DNA of 64,000 bases from an uncultured Rhodanobacteraceae bacterium (GTDB lineage Bacteria; Pseudomonadota; Gammaproteobacteria; Xanthomonadales; Rhodanobacteraceae), in NCBI GenBank assembly GCA_964566965.1, contig CAZMKO010000003.1, positions 5,624 through 69,623 of the forward strand, given 5' to 3'. This document shows positions 1-8,310 of the stretch, piece by piece; the first letter of the stretch is position 1, and the number at the start of each line of letters is the position of its first letter. The position numbers were made by a program, and so were the translations under genes. A model generated the notes under the pieces. That model did no database searches. It was not told the origin of the DNA and saw only the letters and a program-made list of their open reading frames with translations.

Positions 1-2
1 CG

Positions 3-413
3 ATGCAGTTCGTCAATTTGTCGAACTACAGTTCCAGCCAGGCGATGCAGGGCGCCGGCGGCACCGCCGCCAGCGCCACGGCGCACGCTTCGGACGTGTC
101 CAGCTTCCGGCAGACGTTTGCCGACGCCAAACCGGTCGAGGAGGCCAGCCAGACGGTGACGACGCCGCAGGTGGAAGGCACCTCGCCCGGTATCAAGTCC
201 ATTCTCGGCCAGTTCGATTCGCTCAACGGCAACGCGTCCAAGCTGACCCAGCTTGCCGACGAGGTCCGGGCCAGCGGTGACGACCTCAAGCCCAGTCAGA
301 TCATCGACATGACGCTGCAGGCGCACGAGCTGGTGTTCCAGGCCGAGTTGACCTCCAACGTGGCCAACCGCAGCTCCGAGGGTGTACAGCAATTGTTCCG
401 CCAGCAATCCTGA
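3..413 (+). CDS. sctI: T3SS inner rod protein (SctI/HrpB2-like)
   Basis: Ser/Ala/Thr-rich N-terminus; helical C-terminus ending VANRSSEGVQQLFRQQS as in inner-rod proteins; directly upstream of sctJ. Confidence 0.7.
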   Translation: MQFVNLSNYSSSQAMQGAGGTAASATAHASDVSSFRQTFADAKPVEEASQTVTTPQVEGTSPGIKSILGQFDSLNGNASKLTQLADEVRASGDDLKPSQIIDMTLQAHELVFQAELTSNVANRSSEGVQQLFRQQS

Positions 414-421
414 GGACGGAT

Positions 422-1213
422 GTGATCAACATTGCCACCCGTTCGACGGGCCTGCCGCGCCTGCTGGTGCTGCTTCTGGCCGTAACCCTGCTGGCCGGTT
501 GCGGCCGCAGCGTGCTGTACTCGCAGCTTGACGAGACCCAGGCCAACGAGGTGCTTGCCGCGTTGATCGACCACAACGTCGATGCCCGCAAGGAGGCGGA
601 CAAGCGCGGCGAAGGCTGGCAGGTCCTGGTTGATCGTGGCGACATGCCGGCGGCCATGGCGGTGTTGCACAACGCCGGTCTGCCGCACAGCAGCACCGAC
701 ATCGGCGCGATGTTCGAGAAGCAGGGCTTCGTGTCGTCGCCGCTGGAGGACAAGCAGCGTTATATCTACGCGCGCCAGCAGCAGTTGAACCAGACCCTGC
801 GCCAGTTGGACGGCGTGGTGGACGCCTACGTGTACTTGTCGGTGCCCGACAAGAACCCGCTCAGCGAGAGCCCGGTGGTCGGCTCGGCGTCGGTGATCCT
901 GATCGTGGCGCCAAATGCCGACATCAAGTCGCAGACCACCGAGATCAAGGCTGCGGTGATGAACGGCACCGAGAGCCTCACCGACCCTACGCGGGTCAGT
1001 GTGACCACGTTCCGGCGCAATCCGACGCCGGTCAATGTGTCCGACGCGCAGGCGGCCGCGTTTGGCGCCGACCTCGGCCCGGTGCTGTTGATCGGCCTGG
1101 CCGGCCTGGCGGTGCTGCTGGCCGTGTTGCTGCTGTGGCGCAACCGCAAGTCGCTGGTGGGTGCGCGTGGGGCGCGGGGCATCAGTCGTGGCGGGCGTGA
1201 GCGTGAACGCTGA
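422..1213 (+). CDS. sctJ: T3SS inner membrane ring lipoprotein SctJ (YscJ/HrcJ)
   Basis: Lipobox LLAGC; LYSQLDETQANEVLAAL; LNQTLRQLDGVVDAYV; SASVIL; C-terminal TM helix; GTG start after GAGGA. Confidence 0.93.
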   Translation: MINIATRSTGLPRLLVLLLAVTLLAGCGRSVLYSQLDETQANEVLAALIDHNVDARKEADKRGEGWQVLVDRGDMPAAMAVLHNAGLPHSSTDIGAMFEKQGFVSSPLEDKQRYIYARQQQLNQTLRQLDGVVDAYVYLSVPDKNPLSESPVVGSASVILIVAPNADIKSQTTEIKAAVMNGTESLTDPTRVSVTTFRRNPTPVNVSDAQAAAFGADLGPVLLIGLAGLAVLLAVLLLWRNRKSLVGARGARGISRGGRERER

Positions 1214-1886
1214 CGGTGCCACCGCTGCCGCTCCGGCATTGCGCCCCCTGGACGTGGTGCATCCGGCGCATTTTGCCGGCATGCCGCATGCCCTGGTGCA
1301 GCGTGGCCTGCAGTCGCGTCACGGCCGACGCCTGCTGTATCGCCGGGCGTGCCGACTGGATCCCGACGTGTTCCAGCCCCGCTCCGGCGGTTGGGACGAC
1401 TGGGTACCCGCCGCGCCGTGGCTGGCCTGGCCGCGCGGGCGGCTGGAGCGTTTCGCGCGTCTGCTGGGCGTGACGGCCGTCGGTCCGGCTTTGCGGATCA
1501 TCCTGCAACGCGACAAGGTGTTGTTCCTGCGCCGCGTCGCCGGCGAGGAGGCTTGGCGCCTCATGCAGGCGCACGACCCCTGGGACGGTCCGGCGCCCGA
1601 CACCGTGCGCCATCTTGGCAGCGCGCTGCTGCGCCGCGCGGGAACGGACGCGGCCGCCCTTGCCGATGCCTTCGTGCGTCGCGGCACCATTGAATTCATC
1701 GGTCACGCCGACCGCACCGCGCCGTTGCTGGCGCGACGCCTGCGTCTGGCGTTTGCCGGCGACGTGGACGCGTCATGCGCTCGTGAATGCTGGCTGCCGG
1801 CGCCCGCCGTGGACCGGCTCGTCGCCGAGTGCCACGAACGCTGGCAAGCCGAAGAGGCGCCCCGGCCGCAGGAGGACGCGTCGTGA
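1197..1886 (+). CDS. Putative T3SS sorting-platform protein (SctK/HrpB4 positional equivalent)
   Basis: Lies between sctJ and sctL and overlaps both; Trp/Arg/Leu-rich like SctK proteins; start uncertain (GTG 1197 or 1203). Confidence 0.55.
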   Translation: MSVNADGATAAAPALRPLDVVHPAHFAGMPHALVQRGLQSRHGRRLLYRRACRLDPDVFQPRSGGWDDWVPAAPWLAWPRGRLERFARLLGVTAVGPALRIILQRDKVLFLRRVAGEEAWRLMQAHDPWDGPAPDTVRHLGSALLRRAGTDAAALADAFVRRGTIEFIGHADRTAPLLARRLRLAFAGDVDASCARECWLPAPAVDRLVAECHERWQAEEAPRPQEDAS

Positions 1887-2521
1887 ACGCCCTGGTCAGC
1901 AACGACGATCAATTCCGCATGTACGTGGAGTCGGGCCGTATTCCGGCCGATGCCTGGATTCCGCTGAACGAGGCGCATCGCATCGTCGAGCGGGCCAATG
2001 AGCTGCTGCGCGAGGCCGAGGCCCGCGTCGAGGAAATCAAGGCCAATGCGCGCTTCGAGGGCCTCATCGAGGGTCGTGAACGCGGACTGCGCGACTGCGC
2101 CCGTGCCATGCAGGCACTGATCCAGGCGCGGGCTGTGGCCACCGACGAGTTGCGCCGTCGCGCCGGCGAGGTGGCCATCGGCGTGGTCAAGCACATCGCG
2201 CCGTCGATCGGTGCCGAGCGCCTGGTCGCCTCGCTGGTGGCGGAGGCGATGCAGCGCATGGTGTTCGAACCGCATTTGCTGGTGCGCATCCATCCGGACG
2301 TGGTCGAGCCGGCCCGCCGGGAGATTCGCGCCCTCGGCGCCGCCGTGCCGCCGGATATCGAGATCATCGGCGACCCGGACCTGGGACGGCTCGACTGCAT
2401 CATCGAGTCGGAAGGCGGCGTGGTGCGCGCGGGGTTCAACGAACAGCTGGAGCAGACACGGCGTATCCTGGCCGCCGCCGAGCGCAGCAACGGAGCACGC
2501 GATGAGCGATCCGGAGACTGA
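1883..2521 (+). CDS. sctL: T3SS stator SctL (FliH/YscL family)
   Basis: Coiled coil followed by EGLIEGRERGL (GxxxG); LLVRIHP; IIGDPDLGRLDCIIESEGGVV; GTGA overlap with upstream gene. Confidence 0.88.
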   Translation: MNALVSNDDQFRMYVESGRIPADAWIPLNEAHRIVERANELLREAEARVEEIKANARFEGLIEGRERGLRDCARAMQALIQARAVATDELRRRAGEVAIGVVKHIAPSIGAERLVASLVAEAMQRMVFEPHLLVRIHPDVVEPARREIRALGAAVPPDIEIIGDPDLGRLDCIIESEGGVVRAGFNEQLEQTRRILAAAERSNGARDERSGD

Positions 2522-3848
2522 GCACACGCCCCCCGTGGCCGATGCCGGCAACGATCCCCTGCTGCGCGTGCTGCGCCGCAGTGACACCCTGCAACACGTG
2601 GGGCGGGTGGCCGAGGCATTCGGCACGCTGATCCGCGCCACCGGCGTGCGCGCGGCCATCGGTGAGCTGTGCATGCTCGAGCAGAGCGACACCGGATTCA
2701 GTCTGCCCGCCGAGGTGGTGGGTGTCTCGCGCCAACAGACCTTGCTGACACCGCTCGGTCCGCTGGAGGGCCTGTCGGCGGCCGCGACGGTCGTTGCGAC
2801 CGGCCAGAAAGCGACAGCCCCGGCCGGCATGGGGTTGCTCGGTCGCGTGCTGGACAGCCATGGCGAGCCGATGGACGGGAAGGGCCCAGTGCCCGACGTG
2901 GTCCGTGTGCCCATTTACGCCGAGTCGCCCAACCCCATGCAGCGACCGGTCATCAACGATCCCATGGCCACCGGCGTGCGCTGCATCGATGCCACGCTGA
3001 CCATCGGCCGCGGCCAGCGCACCGGCATTTTTGCCGTCGCCGGCGGCGGCAAGAGCACCTTGCTCGGCATGCTTGCGCGCAACGCGCAGGCCGATGTCAA
3101 CGTCATCGTGCTGGTCGGCGAGCGTGGCCGCGAGGTGGGCGAATTTCTCGAGGACAGTTTGGGCGAGGAGGGTCTGGCGCGCAGCGTGGTCATCGTGGCC
3201 ACCTCCGACCGGCCGGCGCTGGAACGCAGCCGCGTCGCCTGGCTGGGTACCGCCATCGCCGAATATTTCCGCGACCGCGGCATGCACGTGATGCTGATGA
3301 TGGACTCGGTCACCCGTTTCGCGCGCGCATTGCGCGACGTCGGCCTGGCCATGGGCGAGCCCCCGGCGCGCCGGGGGTTCACGCCGTCGGTGTTTTCGGC
3401 CCTGCCGCGCCTGTTCGAGCGCGCCGGCACCAATCCGCACGGCACCATCACGGCGTTCTATACCGTGCTGATGGAGGACGAGCAGGGCAACGACCCGATC
3501 GCCGAGGAAGTGCGTTCCATCCTCGACGGACACATCTACCTGTCGCGACGCCTGGCACAGGCCAACCATTACCCGGCCATCGACGTGCTCGACAGCGCCA
3601 GCCGCGTGATGCCGCGTGTCACCAGCGCGTCGCATCGTCAGGCGGCCGGCACCTTGCGCAAGCATATGGCCAAGTACCGCGAGATCGAGATGCTGCTGCA
3701 GCTGGGCGAGTACAAGGCCGGCAACGACGCCGATGCCGACGCCGCCATTGCCCGGCATGATGCGATCCAGCAGCTTTTGCGGCAGGATACGCAGGAGAAG
3801 GCCTCTTTCGAGGAGACGGTCAGCCGTCTGGAGGGGATTGACCGATGA
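2502..3848 (+). CDS. sctN: T3SS ATPase SctN (FliI/YscN family)
   Basis: Walker A AVAGGGKST; LVGERGREV; MMDSVTRFARA; ILDGHIYLSR; HYPAIDVLDSASRVM. Confidence 0.96.
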   Translation: MSDPETEHTPPVADAGNDPLLRVLRRSDTLQHVGRVAEAFGTLIRATGVRAAIGELCMLEQSDTGFSLPAEVVGVSRQQTLLTPLGPLEGLSAAATVVATGQKATAPAGMGLLGRVLDSHGEPMDGKGPVPDVVRVPIYAESPNPMQRPVINDPMATGVRCIDATLTIGRGQRTGIFAVAGGGKSTLLGMLARNAQADVNVIVLVGERGREVGEFLEDSLGEEGLARSVVIVATSDRPALERSRVAWLGTAIAEYFRDRGMHVMLMMDSVTRFARALRDVGLAMGEPPARRGFTPSVFSALPRLFERAGTNPHGTITAFYTVLMEDEQGNDPIAEEVRSILDGHIYLSRRLAQANHYPAIDVLDSASRVMPRVTSASHRQAAGTLRKHMAKYREIEMLLQLGEYKAGNDADADAAIARHDAIQQLLRQDTQEKASFEETVSRLEGIDR

Positions 3849-4339
3849 GTACCGCACCAAGCCGGTTTCCGCTGGATCCGTTGCTGAGCGTTCGCCAGAT
3901 GCGCGTGCGCACGCTGGAAAGCGAGCTGCAGCGGTGTCGGGCCGAACAGGCGCGCGCCGAGACGCGGCGCGACCAGGCACGCGGCGACTGGCAGCGTGCC
4001 GGCACCGAGCGCGAAACCTATCGTATCGACACCTGGCGCAAATTGTTCGAGGGAGGCACGCCGGATGCACTGGCGACGTCGCGCTACAAGCGGCATCTGG
4101 CCTTGCTGAAGCAGCGCATCGAGCAGCTGCATGCCGTGCTGGAGGAACGCGAAAAGGCATTGCGCGAGGCTGCCGAGGCAGTCGAAGTGGCGGCCGTGGC
4201 CTGGCGCAAGGCTTGGCGCAAGCTGGATGCCGTCGAGCAAATGAAGCAAGGATGGCAACGGGATGAAAACGAGCGTGCCGAGCAGCGCGAGGAACTGGCC
4301 ATGGAAGAGTTGCTGGTCCACCGCGCACCGGCCATTTGA
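3845..4339 (+). CDS. sctO: T3SS stalk protein SctO (YscO/FliJ-like coiled coil)
   Basis: All-helical charged coiled coil after sctN with ATGA overlap; PLDPLLSVRQMR start and EELAMEE end. Confidence 0.75.
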   Translation: MSTAPSRFPLDPLLSVRQMRVRTLESELQRCRAEQARAETRRDQARGDWQRAGTERETYRIDTWRKLFEGGTPDALATSRYKRHLALLKQRIEQLHAVLEEREKALREAAEAVEVAAVAWRKAWRKLDAVEQMKQGWQRDENERAEQREELAMEELLVHRAPAI

Positions 4340-4350
4340 GGAGAGGGAAC

Positions 4351-5010
4351 ATGCACAGTGATTCCGTACAAGCACCAGCCCCGCCGCCGGCGCCGCGCCC
4401 GTCCGAGCGCCGCCAGCGCGATGACGATCCGGTGCGGCGCAGCGAAGATTCCAGGCGTTTCCGCAAGACCCTGAAGGAAGGGCGCGACAAGGGCGCGGCG
4501 GAAAAGGGCAAGGGCAAGGCGAGCCTGCAGCAGGCGGGCGAGGCGCAGGGCGCGCGCGTGGCTGCCGTGCAGGAGCGCGGCCAGCAGCACAAGCATGGCG
4601 GCGGCCTCGGCCATGACCGCCAGGATGGCAGCCTGACGGCGGGCATGTTCGCCATGCAGCAGGCCCAGGTGGTCATGCACCAGACCGCCGCGCAGCCGAC
4701 CGCCCCGGCGACGGCCAGCATGGCACCGGCACTGGCCGATCTCATCGCCAAGCACGTCAAGCAGTTGCTGGTCCCCGTGAAAGGGGCGACCGGCGCCGAG
4801 TCGCGCGAGGTGATGCTGACCCTCAGCAACGACATCCTGCCGGCCACCGACCTGTGGCTCAGCCGCACCGAGCAGGGTTGGAAGCTGCGTGCCGGGACGC
4901 GCTCGCCGGAGGCCTACCGGTTCCTGGTGGAACAGACGCCGAACCTGGTCAAGCGCTTCGCCGACAGCCAGCTGGGCGAGTTGGAGATCGATCCCACGCT
5001 GGAAGCGTGA
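4351..5010 (+). CDS. Putative T3SS needle-length/substrate-switch protein (SctP/HpaP-like)
   Basis: Disordered N-terminal half; C-terminal T3S4-like domain (LTLSNDILPATDLWLSRTEQGWKLRA); follows sctO; RBS GAGGAG/AGGGA. Confidence 0.65.
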   Translation: MHSDSVQAPAPPPAPRPSERRQRDDDPVRRSEDSRRFRKTLKEGRDKGAAEKGKGKASLQQAGEAQGARVAAVQERGQQHKHGGGLGHDRQDGSLTAGMFAMQQAQVVMHQTAAQPTAPATASMAPALADLIAKHVKQLLVPVKGATGAESREVMLTLSNDILPATDLWLSRTEQGWKLRAGTRSPEAYRFLVEQTPNLVKRFADSQLGELEIDPTLEA

Positions 5011-5013
5011 ACG

Positions 5014-5772
5014 TCAGTGGCCGTCGCCAAGGATGGCAATGCCATGGTCGCGCAACCACGCACGCACCTTTTCGCGCTGCGTTCGTGCCGTGTCGCTGAT
5101 GCCGTTGTCGGATACCTGACTGACGTAGGTCTGGAAGGTCTCGCCGCGCTGGTTGCGGCGCTCGGGATCGGCACCGGCTTTGAGCAGTGCCAGCACGCAG
5201 TCGTTTTTGTGCACCTGCGCGGCGACATGCAGTGGCGTGTCACCCAGGCGGTCGGTCAGGTTCGGGTTCGCGCCGTGCTCAAGCAGCAGCCGGAACGCGT
5301 CGTCGTCGGGATTGAGCAGTGCGGCAGACAGCGCCGGCTCACCCGTCACCGTATGCACCGTGTCCGGGCTGGCACCGTGCGCGAGCAGCCGCGTCAGCCA
5401 GGAAATGTCGTTGCTTTTGGCGGCCATGTGCATGACCGTGTCACCGCCGATGCCGGCCGCAGCCGGATCGGCGCCGGCATCCAGCAGGGCATCCATGCCC
5501 TCGGGACTGTGGTTGAGCAGCGCCCATTCCAGCAGGTTCACGCCCTTGTCGCCGCGCGCGTCGGGGCTGACGCCGTCGGCCACCAGCTTGTCGATGCGTG
5601 CTCGTTCGCCGTCGGCGACGGCCGTGGCCAGTGCCGCCACCCGGGGATCGCTGAACACCTGCTCGGCGTTGGGTTGGTTCATGTCTGCATGCGCCACGAG
5701 AATACCTGCCATCAGAATGACGGTCACGACGATCCAAGGCAAGCCGTAACGGCGCGGGCGTGGCGATGACAT
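5014..5772 (-). CDS. Exported ankyrin-repeat protein (immunity-like)
   Basis: N-terminal hydrophobic signal ending AHA; repeats LLDAGADP, GDTVMHMAA, LLEHGANPNLTDRLGDTPLHVAA, LLKAGADP. Confidence 0.85.
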   Translation of the reverse strand: MSSPRPRRYGLPWIVVTVILMAGILVAHADMNQPNAEQVFSDPRVAALATAVADGERARIDKLVADGVSPDARGDKGVNLLEWALLNHSPEGMDALLDAGADPAAAGIGGDTVMHMAAKSNDISWLTRLLAHGASPDTVHTVTGEPALSAALLNPDDDAFRLLLEHGANPNLTDRLGDTPLHVAAQVHKNDCVLALLKAGADPERRNQRGETFQTYVSQVSDNGISDTARTQREKVRAWLRDHGIAILGDGH

Positions 5773-5949
5773 GACGGCTCCAGTGGCGATGGACAGGACG
5801 CGCGGCGAGGTTCCATCGTGCCATATTGCGCGCAGCGCATGCATGCGCAGTGAACGGCGGTGCACCGCGTCGGTGGACTTGCACACGACGCTTGCGCACA
5901 CTGGGTTCGGGTGTCGTCATGCCCGTCGTCAATCGGAGGGTTCCGCATC

Positions 5950-6312
5950 ATGCTGCCGATGAAGTCGCTGTGCACCGTCGTGTTGTTGTCCATCCTGCCC
6001 GCCGTGGTGCCGATCCGTGCCGGCGAAACGGTTACCGAAACGGTGCAATGCAGTTTCGGTGATGCACCGGCGGTGACATGCACCTTGCACGATCGCGTCG
6101 ACCGTGACGGCATGCATCACATGCAGTTTGTCGCCGGCGACCACGCCACCACGTTCACCGGGCGGATGCAGTCGGGATGGTGGTCGGGCTGGCTGAACGG
6201 CAAGAAGGCCATGGGCTACGAGCTCAATCGTGGCCATGTGGTTTACAGCACCGCCGCCATGGATGCGCGCTTCGAATGGTGGTCGAAAGGCAAACAGCAC
6301 GGTACATACTGA
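5950..6312 (+). CDS. Small exported hypothetical protein
   Basis: Signal-like N-terminus MLPMKSLCTVVLLSILPAVVPIRA; paired Cys; beta-rich; GGAGGG upstream. Confidence 0.65.
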   Translation: MLPMKSLCTVVLLSILPAVVPIRAGETVTETVQCSFGDAPAVTCTLHDRVDRDGMHHMQFVAGDHATTFTGRMQSGWWSGWLNGKKAMGYELNRGHVVYSTAAMDARFEWWSKGKQHGTY

Positions 6313-6386
6313 GAGGTTTGTGAAAAACCGCCCGGCGGCACGCCCGCTGCGGCGGTCGGATTTTCACGAGCTCCGAGACGCGGCCC

Positions 6387-6402
6387 CTGGGGAAAACCCT
6401 AG
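6387..6402. promoter_or_regulatory. Palindromic motif CTGGGGAAAACCCTAG, candidate regulator site
   Basis: Related copies at 8292-8306, 9789-9802 and 14383-14399, all intergenic and upstream of starts. Confidence 0.45.
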
Positions 6403-6510
6403 GCTAGGGATCGCCCGGATGGTGATCGGCCGGCACAGGTGGGATGGTGTACCCGACCCCATCGCGGCGTCGCGCGTTGTCGCGACCAGCCCACCATCGA
6501 GGAGACGATC

Positions 6511-7701
6511 ATGACAGTCGGTGCCGTCGGAGCGCATTCCAACGCGGCGTGGCAGAACGCCGGAAACCAACCCCGCAATGAACGTATCGATGTCGCCGTG
6601 CGGTACTTCGTCAGCCAGGGCTGGACGCATGCGCAGGCCGCGGGCATCGTCGCCAACCTCATGGCCGAGAGCGGCGTCGATCCGCATCGTGCCCAGATGG
6701 GCGGTGGACCGGGGTACGGTATCGGTCAGTGGGAAGGGCCGCGTCAGGCGGAGTTCGCGCAATGGGCCGGCCACGATATCCACGGGTCTTCGCTGCAGGA
6801 ACAGCTGGGCTTCGTGCAGTACGAGTTGACCCACGGCGAGTCGGCAGCCGGATCGCGACTGCGCGGCGCGACCAGTGCCGGTGACGCGGCCGCCATCGTG
6901 TGCCAGTACTATGAACGGCCTGCCGACACGGCCGGCCAGTCGCGCTACCGTGCCGGCTTGGCCAACGATATCTTTTCCGGTTCCTCGCCCGGAACCTCCG
7001 GCACGCCGGCCTCGACAGGCGGCACCACGGCTGGCGCCAATCCCGCCGCCATGCAGGGTGGCGACCACCTTATCCAGCGTGGTGACACCCTTTGGGGGAT
7101 CGCCATGCGTGCCGGCATCTCGCTGGCTTCGATGATCCGCGCCAATCCGCAGTTCGGCAACCCGAATCTCATCTTCCCGGGCCAGCAGGCCAATGTGCCC
7201 GGCAGCGCCATGGGTGACGGCACCATGGCGACCGGCGGTATCACCGCGGCCAACGACATCGACGGTGACGTCAATGGCACCGACGCTGCCGCCATCGCGC
7301 GTCATTACATGGGGCGCTTCGAATCGGACCTGCAGCGCGCCGGTATCACGCTGGATTGTCCGACCAGTCTCAGCTGCGCCAATTTCGTCACGTCCATGCT
7401 GGTCAAGTCGGGCCAGTTCGATGCCGGATCGATGTCGCGCGCACAGCGCGTCAGCGTCAGTGCCATGGCGCAGTTCCTGAAAAGCCAGGGCTGGCGGGTG
7501 GTGCCGGCATCGCAGGCCAAGCCTGGCGACGTGTGGGTGAGTGCCGGGCATTCGCACACCGAGCTGGTCAACAACAACGACGGGGGCAAGGTCACGCTGA
7601 TCGGTTCCAACAATCACCCGAATCCGGGCGACCAGCAGATCAATCTCGATGGTTCTTCGGCCAGCAACGCCGGCAGTTACATCCTGGCGCCGCCGGCTTG
7701 A
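6511..7701 (+). CDS. Multi-domain peptidoglycan hydrolase: phage-tail lysozyme + LysM + NlpC/P60/CHAP-like domain
   Basis: AQAAGIVANLMAESGVDP...GYGIGQW...QLGFVQYEL (phage lysozyme 2); HLIQRGDTLWGIA...ANPQFGNPNLIFPGQ (LysM); SCANFVTSML...PGDVWVSAGHSHTELV (Cys/His); RBS GAGGAG; no Sec signal. Confidence 0.85.
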   Translation: MTVGAVGAHSNAAWQNAGNQPRNERIDVAVRYFVSQGWTHAQAAGIVANLMAESGVDPHRAQMGGGPGYGIGQWEGPRQAEFAQWAGHDIHGSSLQEQLGFVQYELTHGESAAGSRLRGATSAGDAAAIVCQYYERPADTAGQSRYRAGLANDIFSGSSPGTSGTPASTGGTTAGANPAAMQGGDHLIQRGDTLWGIAMRAGISLASMIRANPQFGNPNLIFPGQQANVPGSAMGDGTMATGGITAANDIDGDVNGTDAAAIARHYMGRFESDLQRAGITLDCPTSLSCANFVTSMLVKSGQFDAGSMSRAQRVSVSAMAQFLKSQGWRVVPASQAKPGDVWVSAGHSHTELVNNNDGGKVTLIGSNNHPNPGDQQINLDGSSASNAGSYILAPPA

Positions 7702-7820
7702 CACGGATGACATGACCGCCGCGTCGCAGGACGTGGCCGGATCGTGAAACGGGCGTCATGTCATATGGCGCCCGTTTTTCGGACGCGTGGCAGAGGGGTT
7801 TTCGTTGAATCCCAGGGTGG

Positions 7821-8207
7821 TTACAGGGCCGGAAACAGGGCGTCGGGGACATCGTACTGGTCCTGCCATGTGGCCCAGGCGAGGTCGGTCGGACCGATTT
7901 GCGAGACCATCGGCACCCATTCGTCGCGTTCGCGGCGCAGCAACGCCATGCAGATGTCCGAACGATGGCCCTGCGCGGCGTCGTCGGCCAGCGGCGTGTC
8001 GGCGTAGTCCAGTGACCGGCCGTCCAGTTCGCGCATGGTTGCCTGCATGAAGGCATGCTGGCCCAGCACGCGCAGCGTGTCGGCATCCAGCGTGACGGGC
8101 TTGTGCAGCACGTCCCGCACCGTGGCGCGCACGGCGGCCAGGATGGCGGCGTGGTCCGCGTCGCCGGGCGCGGGGGTCCGTGGCGTGGTGTTGTCGATGG
8201 TTGGCAT
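7821..8207 (-). CDS. Hypothetical protein (candidate immunity), convergent with the hydrolase
   Basis: Protein-like segment AILAAVRA...ALLRRERDEW...IGPTDLAWATWQDQYDVPDALF; start at ATG 8207 downstream of gshA stop. Confidence 0.6.
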   Translation of the reverse strand: MPTIDNTTPRTPAPGDADHAAILAAVRATVRDVLHKPVTLDADTLRVLGQHAFMQATMRELDGRSLDYADTPLADDAAQGHRSDICMALLRRERDEWVPMVSQIGPTDLAWATWQDQYDVPDALFPAL

Positions 8208-8310
8208 GGTACGGCCCCGTGATGGTGGAAATGCGCCCGGCATGCGCCGGGGTGTGATCCAGTATAGGCAGCGCGTGTGGCTGCCGACACCCGGGTGATT
8301 CCCCAGGTTT

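Noticed and set aside
2502-3848. Flagellar fliI or F1-ATPase interpretation
   Set aside because: The neighbours are a short lipoprotein SctJ and an inner rod, not FliF/FliG or atp genes.
2436-4868. 810-aa minus-strand ORF and many other long antisense or alternate-frame ORFs (e.g. 6364-7713, 25957-28167, 35775-37967, 45581-47266, 51831-53669, 61558-63717)
   Set aside because: Shadow ORFs of real genes in high-GC DNA; they are Arg/Ala/Gly/Pro-rich and lack motifs.
6511-7701. Prophage lysis or tail module
   Set aside because: No holin, structural, integrase or other phage genes nearby.
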